From Patescibacteria group bacterium (GTDB lineage: Bacteria; Patescibacteriota; Minisyncoccia; UBA6257), in assembly GCA_030917555.1 (NCBI GenBank), contig JAUPUN010000015.1:1-35568 (forward strand): DNA of 35,568 nt. The letters run 5' to 3'. Positions within the stretch are counted from its first letter, which is position 1, and each line of letters begins with the position of its first letter. A program made the position numbers and the translations under genes. Under the pieces are notes generated by a model. It saw only the letters and a list, made by a program, of their open reading frames with translations. It made no database searches and had not been told where the DNA came from. Positions 8,849-18,239 of this stretch are shown piece after piece.

Positions 8849-9565
8849 ATGGCTACTTTTACTTTAACTGCCAAAACTCGTCAAATTTTTGGCAAAAAGA
8901 ATAAAATTTTAAGAAAACAAGAGATTGTTCCGGCAGTAGTCTATGGAAGAAAAACTCAGCCTTTATCTTTGGAAATAAAGCTCAAGGATTTTTTGCCTAT
9001 TTATCACAAAGCCGGTGAGACAGATTTAATAGATCTAATTATTGAAGATGAAGAGGGTAAAAAAATTACTAAAAAAGTGCTAGTACAAGAAGTAAATCGT
9101 GATTATATTAATAATAAACCTTTGCATCTGGATTTTTATGAAGTAGAAATGGATAAGCCTGTTACTACCCATGTACCTCTTATTTTTGTAGGCGAACCTC
9201 CTGCCGTGAAATTAGGAGGTATTTTAGTAAAATCTATGGATGAATTAGAAATTGAAGCTTTGCCTAAAGATTTACCTCACGCTCTAGAAGTTGATGTTTC
9301 GTCTTTGGATTCTTTTGATAAAAGTGTGTATGTAAGGGATGTTAAATTGCCACCAGGCGTGAAAAGTCTAGTTAAAGAAGATACTCCAATTGCTACCATT
9401 AACGCGCCTTTAACAGAAGAAGAGTTAGAAGAAGAATTAGGTAAGGTTAAGACCGTGGCTGAAGTTGAAGTAGAAGGAGAAAAGAAGGAGGAAAAAGAAG
9501 AGGGTGAAGGAGCCGCACCGACTGAAGAAAAAGAAGAAAATAAAGAAGTTAAATCAGAATCTTAA
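8849..9565 (+). CDS. rplY: 50S ribosomal protein L25 (CTC long form)
   Basis: VPAVVYG, HLDFY, GGIL, ALPKDLP, acidic tail. Confidence 0.95.
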   Translation: MATFTLTAKTRQIFGKKNKILRKQEIVPAVVYGRKTQPLSLEIKLKDFLPIYHKAGETDLIDLIIEDEEGKKITKKVLVQEVNRDYINNKPLHLDFYEVEMDKPVTTHVPLIFVGEPPAVKLGGILVKSMDELEIEALPKDLPHALEVDVSSLDSFDKSVYVRDVKLPPGVKSLVKEDTPIATINAPLTEEELEEELGKVKTVAEVEVEGEKKEEKEEGEGAAPTEEKEENKEVKSES

Positions 9566-9567
9566 TT

Positions 9568-11085
9568 ATGCGGAGTGAGATTAAAATTAAATCTGTGGCT
9601 CGTCCAAGAGTTAGAGATATTAAGTCTGCTCATACTTCTTCTGTTTCATCTTTGCCTTTAAATGATAAGGTTCATTCTTTTTTTTCTAGATTTACTTTTC
9701 GCCACTCTTACTCTTTAATTTCTTTTTTACTTTTAATAGTCATACTTTTTGGGTTTGGGAGAGTTAAGGTACTGGCACCTATTTTTTTAGCTCCTTATGA
9801 GGTTCAGGCTTCAAACGATGAGGAAAGGGCACAATTACAAAAACAGTTAGAGGAGGTGGAAAAAGAAATTGCCCAATATGAACAAGTTTTAGCTACTACC
9901 CAAAAAGAAAAACAAACGCTTCAAAATAAAATTAATGAGCTTAAAAAACAGGCTGATAAATTAAGTCTTCAGATTAAGCAGACTAATTTAAACCTTGAAT
10001 ATCTTAATATTCAGATCGATGAGACAACTGCTTCTATTGCTAAAACAACTGAGCAAATTAATGAAACCAAGAAGAATTTAGCTGGTTTACTTCAAGCTTT
10101 ATCACAATTACAGCAAACTTCTTTAGTAGAAATTTTATTAGGTAACCAGAAACTCAGTGATTTTTTTGATTATGCCAATGCTTTGAACAGTTTACAGAAT
10201 AAAATCCAAGAAACTTTAAATGAGCTTACTAATTTACAGGTAACTTTAAATATCCAAAATGAAAAGCTGAGCGCTGATGAAGAAGAAACAAAAAATCTCT
10301 TAGCGATGCAGTTGCTCCAAAAAGATAATTTGGCTAAAACTCAAAAGCAACAGGCCAGCTTATTAGAAGTTACTAAAGGGAACGAAACTAAATATCAGCA
10401 GATGTTGGCTGCTTCTAGACAAAAGGCAGCTGAAATTAGAGGAAGGATTTATGACTTAATAGGAGTTAAAACTAAAGTTACTTTTGGTGAGGCTTTAGAT
10501 ATTGCCAATTGGGTGAGCTCTAGGCTCAATATTAGACCAGCTTTTCTTTTAGCTATTTTAACTCAGGAATCGAATTTAGGACAAAACGTAGGCACTTGTA
10601 ATAGGCCTGGTGACCCGCCTGAAAAAAGCTGGCGTGTAGTGATGAAGCCAGATAGCAGAGACGCTTTTCTGCAAATTACTAAAGAATTAGGTTTAGATCC
10701 TAATACTACACCTATTTCTTGTCCCATTAATAATCCAGCCAAGGGTTTAATTGCTGGTAAGAATAGCTGGGGTGGAGCTATGGGGCCAGCTCAATTTATG
10801 CCTCGTACTTGGTTAGCCTATAAAGATAAAATTGCTCAAGTGACCGGACATAATCCTCCTAATCCTTGGGATGTGAGAGATTCTTTTGTGGCAGCAGCTT
10901 TATATTTAGCTAATTGGGGAGCTACTAAGCAAACGAGAGATGCTGAATGGAAAGCTGCTATGATTTATTTCTCTGGTTCTACCAATCCTAAATATAGTTT
11001 TTATGGAGATAGTGTCATGGCTATTGCTGATCAATATGCTCAAGATATAGCTGCTTTGCAGGAGGTAGCTTCTAATTTGAAATAA
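9568..11085 (+). CDS. Membrane-anchored coiled-coil protein with C-terminal lytic transglycosylase (MltB/SLT_2-like) domain
   Basis: TM segment, long heptad region, AILTQES catalytic Glu, GGAMGPAQFMPRTW, AAALYL. Confidence 0.85.
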   Translation: MRSEIKIKSVARPRVRDIKSAHTSSVSSLPLNDKVHSFFSRFTFRHSYSLISFLLLIVILFGFGRVKVLAPIFLAPYEVQASNDEERAQLQKQLEEVEKEIAQYEQVLATTQKEKQTLQNKINELKKQADKLSLQIKQTNLNLEYLNIQIDETTASIAKTTEQINETKKNLAGLLQALSQLQQTSLVEILLGNQKLSDFFDYANALNSLQNKIQETLNELTNLQVTLNIQNEKLSADEEETKNLLAMQLLQKDNLAKTQKQQASLLEVTKGNETKYQQMLAASRQKAAEIRGRIYDLIGVKTKVTFGEALDIANWVSSRLNIRPAFLLAILTQESNLGQNVGTCNRPGDPPEKSWRVVMKPDSRDAFLQITKELGLDPNTTPISCPINNPAKGLIAGKNSWGGAMGPAQFMPRTWLAYKDKIAQVTGHNPPNPWDVRDSFVAAALYLANWGATKQTRDAEWKAAMIYFSGSTNPKYSFYGDSVMAIADQYAQDIAALQEVASNLK

Positions 11086-11105
11086 TTAAATAATAATTCA
11101 TTTTT

Positions 11106-11306
11106 ATGACCCAATGTTATTTTTGTTCTCAAAATATTAAGACAGTAGATTATAAAGATACTGAGACCTTAAAAAGATTTCTTTCTAGCCAGATGAAAAT
11201 TTATCCAAGGCGAAAAACTCATTTGTGCGCTAAACATCAGAGGCAGCTTAAAACAGCAGTTAAAAGAGCTCGGGTAGAAGGTCTTTTACCTTTTATTGTT
11301 TCTTAA
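11106..11306 (+). CDS. rpsR: 30S ribosomal protein S18 (zinc-ligand type)
   Basis: CYFC, VDYKD, CAKHQR, KRAR..GLLPF. Confidence 0.95.
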   Translation: MTQCYFCSQNIKTVDYKDTETLKRFLSSQMKIYPRRKTHLCAKHQRQLKTAVKRARVEGLLPFIVS

Positions 11307-11324
11307 TTATTATTACACATTAAG

Positions 11325-11798
11325 ATGGAGAAATTTTATTCTCCTAATGGGAAAAGTTATAGCTACGAGGCACTTCTGAAAGAAGTGATTTTGTTTATTA
11401 AATCAGATCCAGTGAAACACTATCGGATTATTATTGGTACTGATTCCGCTAATCACGAAACGACAGATTTTGTGAGTGCTTTAGTGATTTATCGAGTTGG
11501 CCACGGAGGCCGTTTTTTCTGGCGTCGGATTGTCAGCAAAAATAAAATTAGCAACTTGAGAAGCAGAATTTATGAAGAAGTAATGCTTTCTTTAAAATTA
11601 GCTAATGAAGTTCTTTTTAATTTATCTCAGAATCAAGATTTAAAATTTGATTTTGAGGTACATGTTGATATTGGTTCTCAAGGAGAGACTAAAGAAATGC
11701 TTCAAGAAATTATTGGTATGGTTAGAGGTTCTGGTTTCGAAGTGAAAACCAAACCAGAATCTTTTGGTGCTTCCAAAGTAGCAGATAGGTACACATAA
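11325..11798 (+). CDS. RNase H-like YkuK (DUF458) family protein
   Basis: IIGTDS, GGRFF, RIYEEVMLS, EVHVDIG..GET, ASKVADR. Confidence 0.85.
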   Translation: MEKFYSPNGKSYSYEALLKEVILFIKSDPVKHYRIIIGTDSANHETTDFVSALVIYRVGHGGRFFWRRIVSKNKISNLRSRIYEEVMLSLKLANEVLFNLSQNQDLKFDFEVHVDIGSQGETKEMLQEIIGMVRGSGFEVKTKPESFGASKVADRYT

Positions 11799-11854
11799 CT
11801 AAATCCTAAATCCTAAATCCTAAATCCTAAATTCTAAACTCTAAATTCTAAGTC
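11799..11854. repeat. Tandem heptamer array (CTAAATC)x4 plus 4 degenerate units
   Basis: CTAAATC x4, CTAAATT, CTAAACT, CTAAATT, CTAAGTC, starting directly after the stop codon. Confidence 0.9.
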
Positions 11855-11876
11855 AAAATATAAAGCTAAAACTGAG

Positions 11877-11907
11877 GGCTCTTGAAGATGGAAAAGAGCC
11901 TTTTTTT
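11877..11907 (+). terminator. Intrinsic terminator overlapping the ftsK promoter
   Basis: GGCTCTT-loop-AAGAGCC then T7; followed by TGgTAAGAT extended -10 (11909-11917). Confidence 0.65.
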
Positions 11908-11923
11908 GTGGTAAGATATTATT

Positions 11924-14044
11924 ATGGCTAGAACTAAAAAACAAAAAAGAGAGCATACTGCTTTAGAAAGAGAAACAAAATCTTCTTTAGCTCCAGAAAT
12001 CAAAAACAATATTTTAGCAATTTTTTTTGTAGCCTTATCCTTAATTCTTATTTTAAGTTTTTTTGATTTCGCTGGTCCTTTTGGTAGATTAGTCTATCGA
12101 ATTTTTGATTATCTTTTAGGTTGGGGTTATTTTCTTTTACCCCTGCTTTTAGTTATTATTGCTTTTCACTACTTTCGTTCTTGGACTGAAAAGCTCAATT
12201 TTAATGAAATCACTCTTTTAGGAGCTGTTTTAACTCTTTTTTCTAGTCTTTCAATCATTGAGTTGTTTTCTGCTCAAAGCGGTGGATTAATTGGTAGACT
12301 GGGAGCTGCTTTGCAGGCAGTTTTAGGTTTTTGGGCTTCTTTAATTATTCATTTAGCCCTTTTGATTTCTGGCTTACTTTTAACTTTTAATACTCCTTTA
12401 CAATTTCCTAAGTTTTTCAAAAAGAAAAATCACTTGTCCTCTTCTTCTCCTTCTCTTACTGCAACTACAATTCCCCTTGCTTCAAGCGAGAAACAGGTAG
12501 AGACGGAACTAAAAATTAATGGGGGAGGAAGCAGTATTCAAGAAAAACCAGAAAAAACAGAAAAGGAGAAAGAAAACAAAAAATCTAATTATTTTGTGAC
12601 AAAAGTAGCTGGTAATTACGAAATTCCTCCCTTAGATTTATTAGACAGTGGCAGTACTAGACCGACTGTAGGCGATATTAGAGCTAATGCTAATATTATT
12701 AAAAGAACATTAGAGAGTTTTGGCATTATTGTAGAAATGGGAGAGGTCAATATTGGTCCTACTGTGACTCAATACACTTTAAAGCCCACTGAAGGAGTTA
12801 AATTATCAAGTATTACTGCCCTACAAAATGATCTTTCTTTAGCTTTGGCAGCGCATCCTTTAAGAATCGAAGCACCGATTCCTGGCAAGTCTTTAGTGGG
12901 AATTGAAGTACCTAATAAGGCAGTAGCTTTAGTGCGTTTAGGCAATTTATTAAAAGAAATTAATTTTCAAAAAACTACTCCGCCTTTAGCTTTTGCCTTA
13001 GGCAGAGATGTAGAGGGGAAAATTGTGGTACCAGATTTAAGTCAAATGCCTCATCTGCTTATAGCGGGAGCTACTGGCTCAGGCAAAAGCGTTTGCATTC
13101 ATTCTATTATTAGTTCTTTTCTTTTAAAAAATTCTCCCAATTCTTTAAGACTTCTTTTAATAGATCCTAAAAGGGTGGAACTAGCTCGTTATAATGGCAT
13201 TCCCCATTTATTAACTTCAGTAATTACTGATAATAAAAAAGTTTTACCAGCTTTAAAATGGGTTTTAAACGAAATGGGTAGGCGTTATGATTTACTGTCA
13301 GAGTACCAGGCTCGGGATTTAGAAAGTTATAACCTAAAGGCTTTAAATAATAAAGAAGAGCCTTTACCTTATTTGGTAGTTATTATCGACGAATTAGCGG
13401 ATTTAATGATGTATTATGGCCATGATTTGGAAAGTTATATTATTAGAATTGCTCAAATGGCTCGAGCTACTGGTATTCATTTAATTGTTTCTACTCAGCG
13501 GCCTTCAGTAGAAGTAATTACCGGTTTAATTAAAGCCAATATTACAGCGAGAATTGCTTTTCAGGTAGCTTCTCAGGTTGATTCCAGAACTATTTTAGAT
13601 ATGGCTGGCGCAGAAAAACTTCTAGGTCACGGAGATTTACTTTTTCTCTCACCAGAATCTTCTAAGCCAAGGAGAATCCAAGGCGCTTTTATTTCTGAAG
13701 AAGAAATCGAAAGATTGGTGTCCTTTATTATTAAACATAGCTCACTAGAAGGAAGTAATGGTTTAGGCATGGAAGTTTCTCAATTTTTAGCAGAAGCCAC
13801 GCCGGAGCAAATTAATCTTGATAATTTAGAAGAAACGGAAGATGAACTTTATCCAGAAGCTTACGAAGTAGTAGTTAAAGCTCAGAAAGCCTCAGCTTCT
13901 TTACTTCAGAGACGTTTAAAAATTGGCTACGCTAGGGCAGCTCGCTTGCTCGACCTCTTAGAAGCCAGAGGAGTGGTAGGACCGGCTGATGGAGCTAAAC
14001 CTCGAGATGTTTTTGTGAAATCTCAAGATGAAAATAGAAATTAA
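11924..14044 (+). CDS. ftsK: DNA translocase FtsK/SpoIIIE
   Basis: N-terminal TMs, GATGSGKS, IDELADLM, TQRPS, gamma domain SASLLQRRLKIGYARAAR. Confidence 0.97.
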   Translation: MARTKKQKREHTALERETKSSLAPEIKNNILAIFFVALSLILILSFFDFAGPFGRLVYRIFDYLLGWGYFLLPLLLVIIAFHYFRSWTEKLNFNEITLLGAVLTLFSSLSIIELFSAQSGGLIGRLGAALQAVLGFWASLIIHLALLISGLLLTFNTPLQFPKFFKKKNHLSSSSPSLTATTIPLASSEKQVETELKINGGGSSIQEKPEKTEKEKENKKSNYFVTKVAGNYEIPPLDLLDSGSTRPTVGDIRANANIIKRTLESFGIIVEMGEVNIGPTVTQYTLKPTEGVKLSSITALQNDLSLALAAHPLRIEAPIPGKSLVGIEVPNKAVALVRLGNLLKEINFQKTTPPLAFALGRDVEGKIVVPDLSQMPHLLIAGATGSGKSVCIHSIISSFLLKNSPNSLRLLLIDPKRVELARYNGIPHLLTSVITDNKKVLPALKWVLNEMGRRYDLLSEYQARDLESYNLKALNNKEEPLPYLVVIIDELADLMMYYGHDLESYIIRIAQMARATGIHLIVSTQRPSVEVITGLIKANITARIAFQVASQVDSRTILDMAGAEKLLGHGDLLFLSPESSKPRRIQGAFISEEEIERLVSFIIKHSSLEGSNGLGMEVSQFLAEATPEQINLDNLEETEDELYPEAYEVVVKAQKASASLLQRRLKIGYARAARLLDLLEARGVVGPADGAKPRDVFVKSQDENRN

Positions 14045-14046
14045 TT

Positions 14047-14706
14047 ATGGCTACGCAAGAAGAACTTACCGGTGGTACATATTTAAGACAGATGCGAGAG
14101 CAAAAAGGTCTTACTTTAGATAAAGCAAGTCAAGATTCTAAAATTATCAAAAAAATTTTACAAGCTTTAGAACAAGAAGATTATCAAAATTTACCGCCCT
14201 CACCTTATCTAGAAGGTTTGATTAAAGATTATGCTCGCTATTTACGTCTTAATGAAGAAAAAGTTTTGGCACTTTATTTGAAAAATAAAAAAAATTCAAC
14301 TACTTCTGATACTTCTTTTTCTCACAAAGAGTCAGTAAAATCTGTTTTACCTTTTTCCCAAATTGTCGCTCATTTTTTACAATTTTTTCTTTTAGGTTTA
14401 TTTTTAGTTTATTGCGGTTGGGAGTTAAGCCAATTTCTTTTGCCGGCTAAAATTACTTTGTTTACTCCAACTCCAAATTTTGTTGCTTCCAATCCGGACT
14501 TAGAAATTAAAGGTCAGGTTAAAAGAGCTAAGTCTTTGTTTTTGCAAGGGCAAGAAATTCGTTTTGATCAAAGAGGTTTTTTTCAGGAGCAACTTAGGCT
14601 GGTGGAAGGTTTAAATACCTTGGAATTGAAAGCTTTTAATCCTTTAGGTAAAGAAACTACTTTAGAGCAGCAAGTGTTTTTTTCGTCTCCAGTTAATTCT
14701 TTTTAG
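14047..14706 (+). CDS. RodZ-like HTH membrane protein with C-terminal Ig-like domain
   Basis: GTYLRQMRE, LQALE, GLIKDYARYLRL, single TM, LVEGLN beta-rich tail; ftsK-adjacent. Confidence 0.75.
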   Translation: MATQEELTGGTYLRQMREQKGLTLDKASQDSKIIKKILQALEQEDYQNLPPSPYLEGLIKDYARYLRLNEEKVLALYLKNKKNSTTSDTSFSHKESVKSVLPFSQIVAHFLQFFLLGLFLVYCGWELSQFLLPAKITLFTPTPNFVASNPDLEIKGQVKRAKSLFLQGQEIRFDQRGFFQEQLRLVEGLNTLELKAFNPLGKETTLEQQVFFSSPVNSF

Positions 14707-14722
14707 GTCGAGACGGTGGGGT

Positions 14723-14751
14723 TTGCTAAAGTCATAAAAAATTGGTAAAAT
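14723..14751 (+). promoter_or_regulatory. sigma70 promoter of recA
   Basis: TTGCTA-17-TAAAAT with extended TG. Confidence 0.65.
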
Positions 14752-14767
14752 AACCATTAATAAGAAT

Positions 14768-15781
14768 ATGTCTAAAAATAGTACTAATAAAAAAGACAAA
14801 GAAACGGGGGATAGTTTAGAAAGTACTCTTCAAGAATTGAGAGAGAGATTTGGCGAAGGTGCAGTTATGCGTTTAGGGGAAGTAAGAAAGGTAAATGTAG
14901 ATGTTATTCCCACCGGTTCACCTTCTTTGGATTTGGCTTTAGGAGTTGGCGGAGTGCCCCGTGGTAGGATAGTAGAAATTTATGGTTCAGAATCTTCCGG
15001 CAAAACTACTTTAGTTTTACATATTATTGCTCAAGTGCAAAAAAGGGGTGGAAAAGCAGCTTTTATTGATTCTGAACATGCTTTGGATCCTGAATATGCC
15101 GAGAGGATTGGAGTAAAGGTTAAAGATTTATTAATTTCTCAACCAGATAATGGTGAGCAGGCACTTGATATTACTGAAGCTTTAGTCAGGTCAGGTTCGA
15201 TTGATGTAGTAATAATAGATTCAGTAGCTGCTTTAACTCCAAAAGCTGAATTAGAAGGAGAAATGGGCGACCAACACATTGGTCTGCAAGCTCGTCTTAT
15301 GAGTCAAGCTTTAAGGAAATTAACTGCTATCGCTAATAAAACTAATACCGCCATTATTTTTACTAACCAAACTAGAATGCAGATTGGAACTATGATGTTT
15401 GGTAATCCCACCACTACGCCGGGTGGTAAAGCTTTAAAATTTTATGCTTCAGTTAGAATAGAATTAAAAAGAATAGCTCAAATCAAAAAAGGAGATCAAA
15501 TTATTGGTTCTAGAATTAAGGCTAAAGTAGTAAAAAATAAAGTAGCAGCTCCTTTCAAAGAAGCTGAGTTTGATATCATTTACAATGAGGGAATTTCTTA
15601 TTATGGAGATGTTTTGAATTTAGGACTCAAGTATGGTTTAATTAAACGCTCCGGCACTACTTATTCTTATCAAGATACCAAATTAGGTACTAGTTTTGAG
15701 AAAGCAGTAGAATTTTTGAAAGCTAACGATTCTTTGGCCCAAGCAATTTTAAAAGAGATTATTAATACTAACATTAAATAA
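14768..15781 (+). CDS. recA: Recombinase RecA
   Basis: [36 protein letters not shown]; no intein visible. Confidence 0.99.
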   Translation: MSKNSTNKKDKETGDSLESTLQELRERFGEGAVMRLGEVRKVNVDVIPTGSPSLDLALGVGGVPRGRIVEIYGSESSGKTTLVLHIIAQVQKRGGKAAFIDSEHALDPEYAERIGVKVKDLLISQPDNGEQALDITEALVRSGSIDVVIIDSVAALTPKAELEGEMGDQHIGLQARLMSQALRKLTAIANKTNTAIIFTNQTRMQIGTMMFGNPTTTPGGKALKFYASVRIELKRIAQIKKGDQIIGSRIKAKVVKNKVAAPFKEAEFDIIYNEGISYYGDVLNLGLKYGLIKRSGTTYSYQDTKLGTSFEKAVEFLKANDSLAQAILKEIINTNIK

Positions 15782-15782
15782 T

Positions 15783-16220
15783 ATGTCACTTCCTAAATAC
15801 GAACTATCTTTTTGGCTGACTTCTAATTTTAATGAGTCAGAAGCAGAACAATGTTTTAATGAACTGGTAAAAAGCGTAGAATCTTTAGGCGCACAGATTT
15901 TAGCCACTCAGTTACCTCAATTAAGGTCTTTAAGCTATCCTATTAAAAAAGAAACGAATGGTTATTTTTGTTTTATTCAGTTCCAAGGCGAAGGATTGAA
16001 TTTAGCTGACTTAACCAGGCAGCTTAGTTTAAATAATAAGATTTTGCGTTTTGGTATTTTTAAGCTTCAAGAAAAAGAACGCAAAGCTGTTACTCACTTA
16101 CCAAAATACAGCATTCACTCGAAAGAAGAAGCTAATAAAAAAGCTGATTCTTTACCAGCTTCTTCAGAGTTGAGTATTGAAGAATTGGATCAAAAACTCA
16201 ATGAAATTTTAAAAGAATAA
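15783..16220 (+). CDS. rpsF: 30S ribosomal protein S6
   Basis: KYEL, RSLSYPIKK..GY, ILRF; upstream of ssb. Confidence 0.9.
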   Translation: MSLPKYELSFWLTSNFNESEAEQCFNELVKSVESLGAQILATQLPQLRSLSYPIKKETNGYFCFIQFQGEGLNLADLTRQLSLNNKILRFGIFKLQEKERKAVTHLPKYSIHSKEEANKKADSLPASSELSIEELDQKLNEILKE

Positions 16221-16224
16221 AATC

Positions 16225-16333
16225 ACTCACCTAAGTTTTCAGATAGAAGACTCTAGAGAAATTAAATAATCAATATCTACAAAATAATTGCTTGTACTAG
16301 ACTATATTCTTTTTTCTGAAAATTTAGGTGGGT
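16225..16333. repeat. 109-bp element with 26-bp imperfect terminal inverted repeats (MITE/REP-like)
   Basis: ACTCACCTAAGTTTTCAGATAGAAGA versus TCTTTTTTCTGAAAATTTAGGTGGGT: 22 Watson-Crick, 3 G-U, 1 mismatch. Confidence 0.75.
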
Positions 16334-16374
16334 AAAGGTCGGTAAAACGGTGGTCATTATTTTGTTTGAAGTTT

Positions 16375-16839
16375 ATGAATCTTAATAAAGTTTTTTTAAT
16401 TGGTAATTTAACGAGAGACGTGACTTTAAAGACTACTCCTACTGGTCAATCTGTAGCTGAGTTTGGTTTAGCAACTAATCGTGTTTGGTTGGGTAATAAT
16501 AATCAAAAGCAGCAAGAGGTGGAATTTCATAATATTGTAGTTTGGGGAAAGATGGCTGAACTTTGCAATCAATACCTAGCTAAAGGCAGAATGGTTTTTA
16601 TTGAGGGACGATTAAGAACTAGAACTTGGCAAGATAGTAATGGTCAAAAAAGATTTAAGACTGAAATTATTGCTGAGAATATTCAGTTTGGTCCGAAATC
16701 TTTTAAAGAAGATAAATTAGATTTACCTCCTGAACCAGAAGCTGAAGAGACAGCTCACGAAGAGTTGCCTGTTTTAGAAGAAGAGCCAACTATTCCGCCC
16801 GAAGACGAAGATTTTAATTCAGAGGAAGTTCCTTTTTAA
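16375..16839 (+). CDS. ssb: Single-stranded DNA-binding protein
   Basis: [25 protein letters not shown]-terminal EEVPF. Confidence 0.97.
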   Translation: MNLNKVFLIGNLTRDVTLKTTPTGQSVAEFGLATNRVWLGNNNQKQQEVEFHNIVVWGKMAELCNQYLAKGRMVFIEGRLRTRTWQDSNGQKRFKTEIIAENIQFGPKSFKEDKLDLPPEPEAEETAHEELPVLEEEPTIPPEDEDFNSEEVPF

Positions 16840-17857
16840 GAGTTTCTATAATTTCATCTAAGTTGCCTTCCAGGATACTGCTTAAATCGTGCCATGATTT
16901 TTTAATACGATGATCAGTCACGCGATCCTGAGGGAAATTATAAGTTCTGATTTTCTCTGCTCTTTCCGCATGGCCAATTTGTTTTCTTCTATTTTGGGCA
17001 AGTGTGCTAAGATTTTTTTCTTGCTCTCTCTCCCATAATTGATTTTTTAGTATTGCTAAGGCTTTTTCCCTATTTTGTTTTTGATATCTTTCACTTTGGC
17101 AAGAAACTACAAGGCCGGTAGGCTTATGATATAATCTCACTGCAGTTTCTACTTTTTGCACATTTTGTCCTCCTGGGCCAGAAGCTCGATAAAACGTTTC
17201 CTCAATATCTTCAGGTTTAATTTCGATAGCGATATTTTCTAATTGAGGTAAGACTGCTACGGTGGCAGTGGAGGTATGCACTCGACCAGCTTTTTCTGTT
17301 TCTGGAATTCTTTGGACTCGATGAACCCCTCCCTCAAATTTTAAGTTTTCATAGGCTGCTGGGTTGTCTATTTCTATTACTCCTTCTTTTAACCCTCCTA
17401 GACTGGTTAAGTTTAAATCAATAATTTTAAAAGGCCAATTATGCTTTTGGGAGTAACGTTCATACATTTTTAAAAGATCCTGCGCGAAAAGAGCAGCTTC
17501 TTCACCACCAGTACCTGGTCTGATTTCCAGGATGACACTTTTCACCGTATTTGCTTCAACTTTATTTTCTAAATTCTGGATTTTTTTTAATAAGTTTTCT
17601 TTTAATTCTTCGTTAGTTTTTATTTCTTCTTCCGCCAAATCTAAGAGTTGGGTATCAGTAGCTTGAGCTAAAATGTCTTGAGCTTCGGCTATTTTGCGCT
17701 CAGCCTTTTTGAGTTCTGTTAAAAGGTTAATTTTTTGTTCTAAGTCCTTTAATTGTTTAGAGGCTAGTTCAAAGTTATTTGGATTTGAAAGAAACTCAGG
17801 ATCGCTGAGTTTCTGTAAAAGTTGTTCTTTTTCTGATAGTAATTCCTCCAATTCCAT
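16814..17857 (-). CDS. prfA: Peptide chain release factor 1
   Basis: [21 protein letters not shown] (PxT motif), [19 protein letters not shown]. Confidence 0.97.
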   Translation of the reverse strand: MELEELLSEKEQLLQKLSDPEFLSNPNNFELASKQLKDLEQKINLLTELKKAERKIAEAQDILAQATDTQLLDLAEEEIKTNEELKENLLKKIQNLENKVEANTVKSVILEIRPGTGGEEAALFAQDLLKMYERYSQKHNWPFKIIDLNLTSLGGLKEGVIEIDNPAAYENLKFEGGVHRVQRIPETEKAGRVHTSTATVAVLPQLENIAIEIKPEDIEETFYRASGPGGQNVQKVETAVRLYHKPTGLVVSCQSERYQKQNREKALAILKNQLWEREQEKNLSTLAQNRRKQIGHAERAEKIRTYNFPQDRVTDHRIKKSWHDLSSILEGNLDEIIETLKKELPLN

Positions 17858-17862
17858 TGTTT

Positions 17863-18141
17863 TTATTTAGCTTGTTTTTTAGTTGCAGCTTTTGTTTTAG
17901 ACTTTTCAGCCTTAGGTAATTTTTTACTCTTTAAACTTGCTGTCTTTTTTAAGCGTTCTTCAAATTTTTGTACCCGACCAGCCGCGTCCATAATTTTAGT
18001 TTGGCCAGTATAAAAAGGATGACATTGGGAGCAGATTTCTACATTAATTTTTTCCAAGGTAGAACCTATTATAAATTTAGCGCCACAGGCGCAGGTAACT
18101 TCTGCTTTCTCGTAATATTTTGGATGAAGATCTTTTTTCAT
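17863..18141 (-). CDS. rpmE: 50S ribosomal protein L31
   Basis: [29 protein letters not shown]. Confidence 0.97.
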   Translation of the reverse strand: MKKDLHPKYYEKAEVTCACGAKFIIGSTLEKINVEICSQCHPFYTGQTKIMDAAGRVQKFEERLKKTASLKSKKLPKAEKSKTKAATKKQAK

Positions 18142-18149
18142 ATCCAAAA

Positions 18150-18231
18150 ATCATAGCAAAAAAATAAAGAAAAAGCAATGTTTCAGAGGGGGTTGAACAA
18201 TCTTATCTTTTATGCTAAATTAATGTATAAT
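18150..18231. promoter_or_regulatory. Divergent promoters for rpmE-prfA and rpsB-tsf
   Basis: - strand TTGCTT(18178-18173)-17-TATGAT(18155-18150); + strand TTGAAC(18193-18198)-17-TAAATT and a second TATAAT at 18226-18231. Confidence 0.65.
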
Positions 18232-18239
18232 TTAATATT

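Noticed and set aside
11799-11854. CRISPR array
   Set aside because: 7-bp tandem units without spacers; no cas genes
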